DNA of 64,000 bases, taken from NCBI GenBank assembly GCA_035084275.1, contig CM068745.1, positions 65,224,001-65,288,000 of the forward strand. Direction: 5' to 3'. Source of the DNA: Hydrolagus colliei. Its lineage: Eukaryota. Positions 26,567 through 39,530 of the stretch are shown here, one piece after another. Both the position numbers and the translations under genes were made by a program. Positions within the stretch are counted from its first letter, which is position 1, and each line of letters starts with the position of its first letter. Under the pieces are notes generated by a model. It was given only the letters and a program-made list of their open reading frames with translations. It was not told the DNA's origin and ran no database searches.

Positions 26567-28157
26567 CATGAATGTCAAAGAAGGCCTGGCCAGAGATTAG
26601 TATCCAATGAGTTTCCAAATCTGCTCTTTTCAAAACCTTTTGTCAGTATCACAAAATTAGATCTTATGACACTAAACACCCTAACAGCCTATTGATAAGT
26701 TAAGTTGGTATCAGATGCCATTCTGGAGGTTCAGAGTTGTCGATTCTGTAATAGCAACTGGAACGATGGGAAGGAGGATCGACATATCACAATAATTATA
26801 ATAATATAATCCTAACATTTCATATTGTCAAGACATCTCACAACACTTCACAGGAATTACTGAAAGAAACACAGGTAACCAGATAATAAATTAAAGCAAG
26901 GAATTTAAATTTACATTTAAAAAATAACATTTAATATTTTAATTGAGACTAGGAATAGTGAAAACATCCTCCTCCTCCCCCCAACCCATCTGCTCCCCAT
27001 CACCATCATATTTCAAGTGATGAAGTTACTCTTGGCATCTGAGAAAGTTTATGACTTTAAATTAGTCTTGGTATCAGTATCGCGTTTATGAAGTAAAATC
27101 TAATACATTTATTTGGCACGTTCATGCAAACTGGAATTCCTTGGACCTTCTAGTCCTCTGAGGGATATTTGTTTAGTGGTGATCAGCAACTAACACTGAG
27201 AAATTATTCAATTGATATACTGTACAATTGACTGTGCAGATTCTGTGAAATCCAAATTGCAATTTATTTTTCAAAATATAAATTTGTCTAACACCAACAA
27301 TAATACAGTACAATTGAGTGTGTAATGAAAACCCAATGATAATAATGTTCTGTGATCTTTGTGAAAGGGCTGTGTCGAGTGTATGAAGGAGTCAACTCTC
27401 TGGCACAGGCTATTGCAAATCTGGGTCAATCCACCACAAAGATAAAACAAACTGAGTAATCCTTTCTTTAAATTTGTATAATGCATCCCTCAAGATAGTC
27501 ATTTGGGAATAAAAGGAGGAACATTGATTCTCTCAGAACGGCCAAGTTCCAGATGCCGCTGAACCATCTCAATAACTGTCCCCACCCCACCCAGTAGTTT
27601 TGTTATGAGATGTTTAACAAAATAATTTGGGAAGTGAATGTGTTTGAAAGGAAAAAAATACAGAGAGCAGGAAGCTAAAAAAAATGGATTAATATATAGC
27701 AATTTCTAACATAACTCCTTTATAAGGAATCCAGGTGTATCATGCTGACCTGGGGGAAAGTCCCCTCCACACTTGGAATCAAAGTTATGTTAATTAGGAG
27801 AGGTGGCCACTCCAATTCCTTATTTAGTAATTGCGTTAAAAATTGCCTTACCCTGTAGTATAGCCTATTTTATATCTCACTACAACTGTAGTGCATGGAT
27901 CATCTATGGTGATCATGGTAGCCCAGTTCCTGAGTCAGATGCTGACTCAGGTCTACAGTGTTTCAGGGCATTGCTGACAATAGACCAGCCAACATGGCTC
28001 ATCAGGAAGAACATGCCAGTTATTGGGGCAGGGAATTCTTCTATTATCTTTACAAGGCAAAGCTGCTTATTTGATTTCTCTGGTGCATTTCTCATCCTCC
28101 CTCCATCACTACCACCTTCTAATGAGTCATTCAAAGCTATAAATAAAATTTATATAT

Positions 28158-28416
28158 ATCCTTGCATTTGATATTGCATCTAAAAGGTAGAGACACCACA
28201 AAAGTGCTTTCCGGTAATTACTGTTAAGTGTGTACTGACTGTGTATTTGTAGCCAAATATGACAGCTAATTTGCACACAGCAATGTCCCACTTTTTGAAT
28301 AATGTCATGGAATCTTTACTATCGATCTGAACAGTCAAACGGGCGGTCAGTTTATTGTCTCATCCAAAGGAAGGTACCTCCTGCAATGCAATGCTCCCCG
28401 GCACTGCATTGGAGTC
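28158..28416 (-). mobile_element. DeuSINE, internally deleted
   Basis: tctcatccaaaggaaggtacctcc...gcactgcattggagt is the reverse Deu motif; SINE-type tail. Confidence 0.7.
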
Positions 28417-28949
28417 CATGTACTGTAACTGAAGAAATCCACGAATGTGCAACTATTCTCTTGAAGTGGATGATAAGCAGGATCTCTCTGGGGTGGAGTA
28501 ATAAACCAGATGTGACAGTGCTGGCGAAGTGGAAATCAATTCTCTGAGGTAGAGTCTATGATCCAACACCTGAACCAGGCAGGTCTGCAGTACTCTAGGG
28601 TATGGTTGATGAATCACCAATCAGCCTAGCTCATCAATTGTACTTAGAGTGGTAGACATGCCACTGGGAGAAAGGATTCTTCCTGCTCAGCTACTGTTAA
28701 CTTGAAAGCCAATGATCTAAATGCCTTGTGAGACAAGCAGCAAGAAGCTGAGTAGTGTAGTAATGATAAGTTGCATGGCTCTTAATTCCAGTAATACTTC
28801 AATACCTTAGGTTCTGTTCTCCAAACTGATAGTAATGTTGGCACTACCTTCTCGCTTCCTCTTTTCCTTCCCCACCCTTGCTTCATCCCAGCAAGGGTGC
28901 ATCTAAATGTGTTACACCCTTGCTGTGTCTGCAAAACTAAAAAATAAAA

Positions 28950-29710
28950 ATATTTTCTAGACGGGGAGAGGTTAGATAGTGTTAGTGTACAAAGTAATTT
29001 GGGTGTCCTTGTACACCAGTCTCAAAAAGTTAGTTTGCAGGTGCAGCAAGCAACTAAGAAGGCAAACGGCATGTTAGCGTTCAATGCAAAAGGTTTAGAG
29101 TACAAGAGTAGGGAAGTCTTGCTTCAACTGTATAAGGCCTTGGTGAGACCACACCTAGAGTATTATGTGCAGTTTTGGTCTCCTTATTTAATAAAAGACA
29201 TACTTGTCTTAGAGGGGGTGCAGTGTAGATTCACTTGGTTAGTTCCTGGGATGAGGGGACTGACCTATGAGGATAGGTTGAATAAACTAGGGCTGTATTC
29301 TCTAGAGTACAGAAGAATTAGGGGAGATCTTATTGAAACATATAAGATTCTTAAAGTGCTGGATAAAGTAGACAGTGAGGGACTGTTTCCCCTGGTAGGA
29401 GAATCTATAAACAGGGATCATAATCTTAAAATTAAGGGTCAGCCTTTTAGAACAGAGTTGAGGAAACATTTCTTCACTCATTCCAGTTTATGGAGTTCAC
29501 TACCTCAGAAGGCTGTAGATGCTCAGTCCTTGAACATTTTCAAGGCTGAGACTGATAGATTAAAAAAAAAGTGGGATTAGGAGATATGGGGATAGGGCAG
29601 ATAATTAGAGTTAGGTCAGAAGATCAGCCATGATCTTATCAAATGGCAGGGCAGGCTCGAGGGGCCGAATGGCCTATTCCTGCTCTTAATTCTTATGTTC
29701 TTATGCTCTT
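28950..29710 (+). mobile_element. CR1 LINE 3' end
   Basis: ORF 28999-29580 (KKANGML...LYKALVRPHLEY.VQFWSP...RGDLIETYKIL); (TTCTTATG)n terminal repeat. Confidence 0.93.
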
Positions 29711-29867
29711 ATCCCTTACGTAGACATTTAATACTTCAGATAGAACAAAGAAACACGACATCTCATGAGCAGATTAAAAAACCTCCAAATACTGTAAAAG
29801 AGTTAAGCAAATTGATACCAAAAGGGGTAATTGATAGAGAAATTAATATTCCAAACCAAATACTGTA

Positions 29868-31625
29868 TCATAGGAACAGAAGTATTCATTCAACCCGTCG
29901 AGCCTATTCCACCATCTAATTAGATCATGGCTGATTTGTATCTACTAATCTTTTTAATTACAATTTTCTGCTTTCTCCCCGAATCCCTTAATACCCTGAC
30001 CCACCAAAAATGTATCAAGTTCACTCTTGAAGGTGTGGATAGATCCAGCATCCAGGACCTTTTGGGATAAAGAATTCCAGATTTCTACCAACCTTTGAGT
30101 GAAAAAATGCTTCCTAATTTCACTCTTAAACTGCCTGATTCTAATTTTAAGACTATGTTCCATTGTTTTTAATTCCTCCACCAGAGGAAATAGCTTCCCT
30201 GTATCTACCGTATCAATTCCCTTTATCATCTATCAAATCACCCCTCAATCTTCTAAACTCGAGGGAATACAATTCAAGTTTATGCAGCCTTCCCTTGTAA
30301 CTTAACCTTTTAGGCTGGCAACATTCTGGTGAACCTGCGCTGCACCCCCTCCAAGGCCAATATATCTTTCCTGAGATGCTGTGCCCAAAACTGAACGCAG
30401 TATCCCAAATGGGGTCTAACTAATACAGCTGAAGCATCATTTCTTCCCTGTTGCATTCCAGGCCTCTTGAGATAAAGGCCAACATTCCATTTGCCTTTTT
30501 GATTATGTTTTGCACATGGGAACTAATTTTTGTGATTTGTGGATATAGACACCCAAATCTCTTTGCTCCTCCACAGTTCTTAATTTCTCCCTGTTAAGAA
30601 AATATTCTGCTTTATCTTTTTTCAGTCCATTGTGAATGACCTCGCACTTCTCTACATTGAACTCCATCTGCCATAGCTTTACCCACTCATTTAATCTGTC
30701 TAAATCCCTTTGTAACTTCCTACTCCCATCTACACTACTTACTGAGCCTACTATCTTAGTGTTGTCTGCAAACTTGGATGTAAAACTTTCTATTCTTTCA
30801 TCCAAGTCATTTATATATATGGCAAATAGCTGAGGTCCCAGAACAGACCCCTGGGAAATACCACTTGTCACATCCCGCCAATCAGAGAACGTTCCCTTTA
30901 TCCCTATTCTCTGTTTCCTGCCTCGCAACCAATCGCCGAGCCACCTCACAAGGTCATCTCCAATTCCATGCGCTTCTATTTTCGCTAATAATCTTTTGTG
31001 TAGAACATTATCAAAATGCCTTCTGAATGGCCTTTCAGAAGGCATTTGATAATGTTCTACACAAAAGATTATTAGCGAAAATAGAAGCGCATGGAATTAT
31101 CTTATGACCTACCCTTCACAAACCTATGCTGACTCTCTTTCACAAGCTCATACTTCTCAGTGTTAAGTGTCCCTGATGATGGATTCCAGTATTTTCATTA
31201 CAACTGACATTAAACTAACAGGTCTGTAATTTCCTGTTTTTTCCCTCCCTGCCTTCTTAACTAAAGGGGTGACATTCACAATTTTCCAATCTAAAGGCAC
31301 AATTACTGTATCCAGTGAGCTTTGGAAAATTATGACAAATGCAGCCGCAATTTCCTTTCCTATTTCCTTTAACACCCTGGAGTGGAAACTATTGGGTCCT
31401 GGAGATTTGTCTATTTTGAGCCTCATTATTTTCTCCATCACCATTTTTTGATTTGTATTTTTTTTATTACCGGTAAGTATTTATTTACTTATTTTCAGGT
31501 TCCTCTATACCCCAGGTAATTTGTCCTCATCTTCTGCTATAAAAACTGTAGCAAAGTACTTATTTAGCAAGTCAGCCATTTCTTTATTTTCCGTTATACT
31601 CTCACCAATATCTGTCTTAATTGTG
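29868..31625 (-). mobile_element. CR1 LINE, 5'-truncated
   Basis: ORFs 31163-31444, 30503-31045 and 29954-30229 carry KSPGP, NYRPVSL, QGSVLGP and SKFAD motifs. Confidence 0.93.
30962..31098. repeat. About 65-bp near-perfect palindrome inside CR1
   Basis: Arms 30962-31027 and 31034-31098 differ by one A; centre tggcct. Confidence 0.95.
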
Positions 31626-31732
31626 CCCACATTCGCCTTTGCCAGATCTATAGCAGTATCCCGTTTTTAATGCTGTGCTCAATTGGCTGCCACATTTCAC
31701 CAACAAATATACAGTCAATTTACATTATAGTA

Positions 31733-32570
31733 GTTAACCCTCACCGAAAGCGACTTTCTCGATTGCGAATTGAACTATACGCGAAGAAAACAATGCGTCA
31801 CTTTTTTGCATAACGCATGTAAAATTTGCGTATACATGCTACCTGGCCCCCGTTCGCATGCGCACTTGCGAGGACACCGGCCCCACGCGATGCACACTTG
31901 GGAAGTCAATTGGACTTGCACACTTGGAGCCCACAATAGAAAGGAGTCTGAAATTTAAAACAAGTCTGGATGGCCTCTTAGGAGCTTGCAGGGAGCTCAT
32001 GAAAGACTTTCAGTGAAAGGCAAAACAATGGAAAATCACTTCCTTCTTTCAACCTGCCAGTTTGTCTCTGCAGTCATCCACTGAAAACTTACCTGCTGCT
32101 GCATCTTCTCGGCCATTCACTCTCCCCAAGCATTCACTTCGAAGGAGTTTGAGGCCGATGATTTCTCAGCCTCGGACTGTTATGAGAGCAGGGAGAGCAG
32201 GGAGATTAGGGAGAGCGGGGAGAGCAGGGAGAGTAGGGAGAGCGGGGAGAGAGACGAGAGTGGGGAGAGAGACGAGAGTGGGGAGAGCGATGAGAGCAGG
32301 GAGAGCGACAAGAGTGGGGAGAGCAGGGAGAGCGGGGAGAACAGGGAGAGCGATGAGAGCAGGGAGAGCGGACCAGCCGGCTGTAGCTCGCCTCAGTATG
32401 TACCTTGCATTGGTTGGGTGTGGATGTGCTTGGAGGCTTGAGGTGGGTAGCCTGTGGCTGGATTCCCGTAACCCCCCTTTTCCCATTGCTTGTTAAACTT
32501 ACTGAACGTGATTTTACTGAATGCGCAGTTTTCCAGGAATATAACCCCCGTGTTCGGCGAGGGTTAACTG
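31733..32570 (+). mobile_element. Tigger/pogo DNA transposon, internally deleted
   Basis: TIRs (ca)gttaaccctcaccgaaagcg / cgtgttcggcgagggttaactg, TA duplication; 31924-32060 translates LEPTIERSLKFKTSLDGLLGACRELMKDFQ*KAKQWKITSFFQP, like pogo/Tigger transposase C-termini. Confidence 0.85.
32182..32371. repeat. 9-bp G-rich tandem repeat (GGGAGAGCR)n, about 21 units
   Basis: Direct reading. Confidence 0.95.
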
Positions 32571-32645
32571 TATATTCTGTGAAGCACTTTGAGATGTCTG
32601 GAAGACATAAAGTGTCAGATGCAAGGATTAATCACTATTAACAAT

Positions 32646-32965
32646 AGACTCCTGTAGATCAGTGATTAAAACATGCCTCGCAAGCAAGAGATCCGTGTTC
32701 GGTTCCAGGTTTGGCAAAATCGTGGGCAGGTTTCCTTACTCCACAGGCCTAATAATAATCGCTCAAAAATAACAATAATAATTTGGTCACACAATCCACT
32801 ATTGTGGACTGTTTGTGAGACATTGCTGTGTGCAATTGGCTGCCGCGTTTCGCCCACAAATATACAGTCAATTCACTTTACAGTTTATTCTGGGAAGAGC
32901 TTTGAGACATTAGGAAGATGTGAAAAGCGTTATATGAAATGCAAGGATTATTATTATTACTATTA
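32646..32965 (+). mobile_element. Full-length tRNA-derived SINE
   Basis: Head, body and (ATT)n tail. Confidence 0.9.
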
Positions 32966-33866
32966 ATACACTCAATATGAAGTCAGAGCCAGCAGTATTG
33001 GCTCTGTAAAATGATACTGTCTTTATAGGGTACTTGGTATTTTGAAAGTTAAACATATTGCATTTTTGTTTTATCTTTTTGACAGGCCATCCTGTTTCAT
33101 CAATTGAACATATCAAAAGTACGTAAGAGTATCTGACAGAATGGATCTTACGTTCTACAAAATGGATCGCCAGTCTCTCAGTCACTTTAACAGCCTGAGA
33201 CAAGCTTATGCGCCAAGGGTGAATGATAAACAAAGGGCGAGGAACTCATCTCGCGACTATGTGTATTCTGACAAAGGCTATTTACACTAGAAAAGTCCAA
33301 TTGAAGGGCATACTGGCAATGCTGCTACAACTAACTACAAGAACAATTTTGCACCCAAACAATCTAGCTGCTAACACACAGGTTCTTCATTTCAGCACTG
33401 TTCCCACGCTAATAGAGCCCTTCCCGACAACCAATCGCCCCGGTGCCCACAGGCAAAGCTGTAGGAAATGATTCCAATAAAAGGTCTACTCTAAAAGGTG
33501 GCCAAGCAGACTGCATATGCATAGTTTGTTGTGACAGGTTGGCTGTGCATTTACTGACTCTGACAACAATATTATGGCCCCAGTTAGACAACTTGCAGAT
33601 GTCCATCAGATCCTGATCCTACACTTGAGGCAGAATCTATCTCACTGCCCATTAATTTTCCTGGGTCTCAATCTTGTCTTCAATGAACAGGAGAAATGTC
33701 AAGGTGACTATATGATCTCGATGGCTTGATACTTTCTCCTGTTTTTATACAATGAAGTTATCTTCCATCACACAGTTCATAAGCACGTTCGAAGACTTGT
33801 ACTCAACACAAGTCCTGTACCAGTTCTCCTCAACATGCACAAATCTTGGGTATATTTTCATCAACA

Positions 33867-34183
33867 GTTAGAGCACTCACCTTATAAGCGAGAGACCTGG
33901 GTTCAATTCCCAGAAGGGCGAAACTTTGGGCAAGTTTCTTTACTCCACACATCTCCATTTAGCTAGCAGTAAGTAGGAAACTGGTTGTTAGTCGATTGCT
34001 GTTTCCCTTTTCCAGGGGTAATAATTCCTTCAAAGAAAAATAATAATAGATTGATCATTTAATCCATGACTTGTGGGACACTGCTGTGCACAATTGGCTG
34101 CCATGTTTCGCCCACAAAATATACAGTCAACTCACTTTATGGCATATTCTGTGAAGCACTTTGAGACGTCTTGAAGATGTGAT
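33867..34183 (+). mobile_element. SINE, long variant with extra internal segment
   Basis: Extra about 70 bp (33950-34020) after ...ccttactccac. Confidence 0.85.
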
Positions 34184-34415
34184 AATAATAATCCTTGCAT
34201 TTGATATAGACTTCTGGATTTCTCAAAGTGCTGATTATACTGTAAAGTGAATTAACTGTACATTTGTAGGCAAAACATGGCAGCCAATTATGCACAGCAA
34301 TGTCCCACAATCAGTCGTGGATTGAGTGACCAAATTATTATTATTTTCTTGTCAGGTGTATGGAGTATGGGAACTTGTCCAAGGTTTCGCCCTGCTGGGA
34401 ATCGAACCCAGGTCT
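34183..34415 (-). mobile_element. SINE abutting the previous copy tail-to-tail
   Basis: Reverse-complement body and partial head. Confidence 0.85.
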
Positions 34416-35859
34416 AAGGCACTATATCAAATGCAAAGATGTTTATGAATATATGCATATACATATTTTTCATGATGTAAATGAATCATGTATACATTTT
34501 CACTAATGTACACAACAACAAAATATGTATACATGTTTGCAAGCCATGTATACATATTTCTTGTTGTAAAAATGTTGGACATCCTCCCAACATGAAAGGT
34601 GCTATACAAATGTAATTTTGTTGTTGTTTTGTTGTTGTTAATGTACACACATTATCCTCAATGTACATAATGAACGCTATATCATTAAATTAAGCCTGAA
34701 ATACTAAACAGGGTGAATTTCCTGCCCCCTCTCTGCGTTGTCCTGCATTCAGTCTCGGCATCATCATAAAATATGCATTTACCGTAATCAATCAAAAAAA
34801 ACAGTTACATAATACTGTGTGACTTAGCTCAGAGGACTCACTAATGGCTCATTAGCAAACCCAATGCTCAATGTGTAATTGAGCCAGTTCTGAGGTTCAA
34901 ACCCTGTTTTCTAGCATGGTATTCAGAAGGTATAGGAATTACTGTTGACGTGAGCTCCCAACCATATCTGTGATGCTCACCACAATCTAATAACCTGCCA
35001 AAATTCACCATCACACTGACACAAGTCTGAGATAAAGCAAGAGGGATTGTACAATAGCCCCCGTGAGCCGACCGCTTTAGATGAGAGAGAAAAGGATTAG
35101 AGGAGGAGAATAAAGAGTGCTGAGGTGTTCGGACAAGAGAAGAAACATTGTATGATAAAAATTACTTTGAAGAACATTGAGGCAGGGATGAGTGAATGGC
35201 ACAACAGAATGATAAAGCACAAGAGGAGACCACACAATGATTTATATCCAGAATTTGTCTACCCTGATTGCCTTTGCTATAGGCCCAATAGCTATTTCCT
35301 GATAAATTGCAAACATATGAGAAAGTCTCTACCTTTAATCATTTTAATAGTCATTTGCCTTGGGCTCTATTACAGAGATATAGCATTCATCTCACTTAAG
35401 AAGACATTTAAACTCAGTCATAGCAGGTTTGTTTCTAAATTATATCAGAACAGGCCTGTGTAACATCAAGTACATGATTAAGTAATGCGACCTGTAATAC
35501 CTGTAAATCTAATGACTATAACAATACAAATGTTTTCCCTTAAGTGGTTAAACTTATTATTGCTTTTTTATCAAAGCAGTTCAGAAAGGCCTCATGGTTT
35601 TAACTCTGGAACATGGCCTGGTCAACGTTAATATTGTCAGTAGTATAATCACAAACACTGTGACACTGAGCTCTCATCACAATTAGTTAGGAAGGAACAC
35701 CTGCACTCAGTCCATCTACACACATCACTGAAGAGTGTGGATAATTGGTAATGAAGTGACTTGGGTCCCACTTTTCCTTCTTGGGGTCAAGGTTATATCC
35801 TAAATTTATAAATTCCTAAAATATCAATGTCCTGAAATAGTATGCAAGATGGAGAAGGG

Positions 35860-37970
35860 AATAGAATCATAGAATCTTACGGAACAAAAGGAGGCCATTT
35901 GGCCCATCAAGTCTGTGCCGGCTCTTTGAAAAGAGAAATTTAATCCCACTCCCCAGCTCTCTCCCCATAACTGCCCATCTTCCCCAAATAACTGTCTACC
36001 CTCTTTTAAAAGTTGTTATCGAATTGGCTTTTTCAGGCGATGCATTCCAGATTCAAACAACTCTCTGAGTAAAAACATTTCTCCTCATCTCCCCTCTGCT
36101 TCTTTTTGAAACTGTTTTAAATCTGTGACTACGAGTTACTGATATATCCACCATTGGAAATGGTTTTTCCCTGTTTACTCTGTCGAATTCCCTCATGATC
36201 TTGAAAACCTCTATTAGTTCTCCTCATAACCTTCTCTGCTCCAATGAGAGTAAACCTAGTCTCTCTAGCCTTTCCTCATAACTGAATTCCCTAATTCCTG
36301 GTTTCATCCTGGTAAATCTCCTTTGCACCCTTTCCAATGCCTTAACATCCTTTCTAAAGTGTGGTGACCAAATTGAACAAAGTACTCTAGATGAGGCCTA
36401 ACCGAATTTTTACAGAGGTTAGACAGAACTTCCTGACTTTTGTACTCTATGCCCCTATTTAAAAAGCCTAGTATCCCGTATGCTTTATTTAACAGCCTTG
36501 TCTACCGGTCCTGCCACCTTCAAAGAATCACTTACACAAACTCCCAGGTCTCTCTGTTCCTTCACACCCCATAGAATTATACTATCTAGCCTATATTGCC
36601 TCCCCTCATTTCTCCTCCCAAAATGCCTCACCTCACATTTCTCTACATTAAATTTCATCTGCCATGCATCTACCCATTTTACCATTCTGTCTATATCTTC
36701 TTGCAGATGGCTACTATCCTCCTCACTATTTACTATTTTTCTTGACTTTGCGTTATCTGCAAACTTGGAAATGGTACTCCCTACACCCAAGTCCAGATCA
36801 TTAATATAAATTAAAAAGAGCAATGGTCCCAATACCGAACCCTGGGGGATGCCACTGTACATTTCCCTCCAGTCAGAAAAACAGCCATTCACCACAACTC
36901 TCTGCTTTCTGTCTTCCAGCCAGTTCTGGATCCATGTTGCCACTGTCCCTTTAACGCCATGGACTTCTATTTTCCTTATAAGCCTTTTATGTGGCACTTT
37001 GTCAAATGCCCTTTGAAAGTCCATATAAACTACATCAACTGCACTACCCTCATCCACCCGTTCCATTACCTCATCCAAAAATTCTGTCCTTTATTAACCG
37101 ATATCTTTCTAAATGAAGATTTACCTTGTCCCTGATTATAGTCTCTAGAAGTTTCCCCACTACTGATGTTAGACTCACTGGCCTGTAGTTCCCAGGTTTG
37201 TCCTTCTGCCCCGTTTTGTACAGGGGAGTAACATTAGCAACCTTCTAGTCCTCTGGCACCACCCCTGTGTCCGAGGAAGATTGAAAGATTGTGGCCAGAA
37301 TCTCTGCTATTTGCACTGATACTTCCCTTAGTAACCTAGGACGCATCCCAACCGGACCAGGCGACTTATCTACCTTGAGTGCTGTCAAACGTTTTAGTAC
37401 TTTCTCTCTGTTTATACTTATCCTATCCATTTACTCTACCCTACCCTCTCGTCCGGTACTGTGGCATTGGCTGCATCCTCTTCTTTTGTGGAGACAGGGT
37501 ACTCATTCAGTACATCAGCCTCGTCCTCTGCCTCCACAATAAGATTTCTTCCTTGGTTCCTAATTGGCCCCACCCTACCTTTGATTAACCTTTTATTCTT
37601 GATATGCTTGCAAAATAACTTAGGGTTCCCTTTAATGTTACCCACTAATCGTTTTCATACAGTCTTTTTGCCCCTCTAATTTCCTTTTTCGGTTCTCTCC
37701 TGCATTTCCTATATTCTGGTTGTCTTCGGTATTTTAGGCATGACATTTGTCATAAGCCTCCTTTTTTTGTTTTATTTTAGTTCCAATTTCCTTAGTCATG
37801 CAGGGAGGTTTCGATGCCCTACGTTTTACCTTTGTGGGAATGTATTTGTTCTGTGCCCAGACTATCTCCTCCTTGAAGACTTTTCACTGCTCCTTAGCTA
37901 TTTTTTACCTGCCAATCTTTCTTTCCAGTCCACCTTGGTTAGGTCCCTTTTTAACTCACTGAAATTAGCC
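35860..37970 (-). mobile_element. CR1 LINE, 5'-truncated, about 2.1 kb
   Basis: ORF 36485-37078 (VVYMDFQRAFDKVPH...[18 protein letters not shown]...SKFAD); (TTCTATGA)n tail at about 35860-35878. Confidence 0.95.
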
Positions 37971-38694
37971 TAGAATAAAGGGATAACGGAAAAGTGATTG
38001 ATGGGTGGAGGCTGTTGTTGGGTATAAACACCAGCACAGACTGTTAAGGCCTCTGGCTCATGAATCACAGCTTTCCACTGATGAGTGCCTGGATCACAGC
38101 TTTTAATAAACAAAAATCTCAGAGTAAAGCCATTATCCTACTGGCAAATGTTCAGAAACCAGCCTTTGCGAGATAGAAGTCGAGAGTGAGCGCTTTCATG
38201 GAATTCCTCCTGAAGAGTAGTGTAAGGCAAGTGGCCTGCTTCCACATCCAGTCATCACATTTGGTTGTTCATATTCAATATCTAACGAATTTCTAAACAT
38301 AGATTGTAAGATTCCCCACCCCATTGTGTGCATGTATAAATACAGTAAATTGATAATGCTGGCTCAACTTGTCATCATCATTTATGCTATCACACTGTCA
38401 CATAACTTGTCATTGAGCACTTTTCCTTGGCATGACGAGTTATCAGAAGGTTACTGTAGTAAATAGCAAGTAAATAATGTCCAAGTTGTGTGCCATTTTA
38501 TGAGTTGTTTAACATTGGAGGTTTGTAGCTATTCTCCATCAGATAATTGGGAAAATTGCAGGTGTCTAATGTTCTAAATACAGTACTAATAAGAATCAAC
38601 AAAGATATAATTATATTAATAGTCTTTCTAATGATGGGTAGACACATTCTAAACACACACCAGAAGTGAAAAAGGACAGGGAATGTTAAAATAA

Positions 38695-38875
38695 TGTTTT
38701 AGTGAGAAGGAAGTGAAATTGGTGGTCACAGAAATTGCACAATGTTAGTAGGAGAATCTTAGGCATCAAATAGAATATGCTGGACTGAGAAAGCAAGTCG
38801 AAAGTGGGAAGAAATGTATGAATATAAAAGACTAGCAGTAAAGTGATCTAGATATGCAAAGACAAATGATGATAA
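38695..38875 (+). mobile_element. Possible Myb/SANT-like ORF relic (Harbinger accessory protein)
   Basis: FSEKEVKLVVTEI...RKWEEM...CKDK pattern with stops. Confidence 0.35.
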
Positions 38876-39269
38876 TAGAGGAAACAGCTGGTGCTACTTA
38901 TGCTAAATGGAGATTGTTTGTAATTTTGAGATTAGAAGAAAATAGTATCCAAATTACAGTACTCAATTCATGGCATCTGCCAATCCTTCTGCATGTGCTC
39001 AGGGCCATATAACTACGATTTACCTCTCTCTGTGTTACAATAGGTCACGGCTTTTTCCATTTGCTTACTCTCATTACCTATAGGTTTAACCAGAAGCAAA
39101 CAAGCCACAATTAGAACTCCTTTCCCAGTGCGCACTATTACTGATTAATGGGCTTCAACAAAACAATAATAAGCTCGATAGACGGTTTTCTTTTTCAGTG
39201 AGAAACTATTACAAGAGCTGGTATAGACAGGAAGTGTATTGTTAAATGGTAACATTTGATTTACTTAGT

Positions 39270-39530
39270 TTAAAATGTTAGAGAAATTTACAAGCCAGCC
39301 CTTCATAAATGACATTGACATTATGAATGCAGGAAAATTGTTCACTGAAGCGAAGAGTCCAAATTCCACAGGATTTAACTAACAATTTAGGAAATAAGGA
39401 GTCAAAGTATAATCAAGGGGAATCTTTTTATACAAGAATAACCAAAATTAATAAATTACCAAGAGAGGTCACAAAATGTGAATCAAAATAGGTTCAAGGG
39501 GCATTTGGGGTGAGAAACAGGATTGAAGGC
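39270..39530 (+). mobile_element. Highly degraded CR1 3' fragment
   Basis: ggaaaattgttc...aggggaatcttttttatacaaga...aaattaccaagagagg motifs. Confidence 0.5.

Larger units (their letters stand above)
31670..32640 (+). mobile_element. SINE 3' half split by a Tigger element
   Basis: SINE reads ...acattatagTA [insert] TAtattctgtgaagcac... Confidence 0.85.

Noticed and set aside
32062-32496. RAG-repeat protein gene
   Set aside because: Product of a 9-bp tandem repeat inside a deleted transposon; upstream in-frame stop and no splice context.
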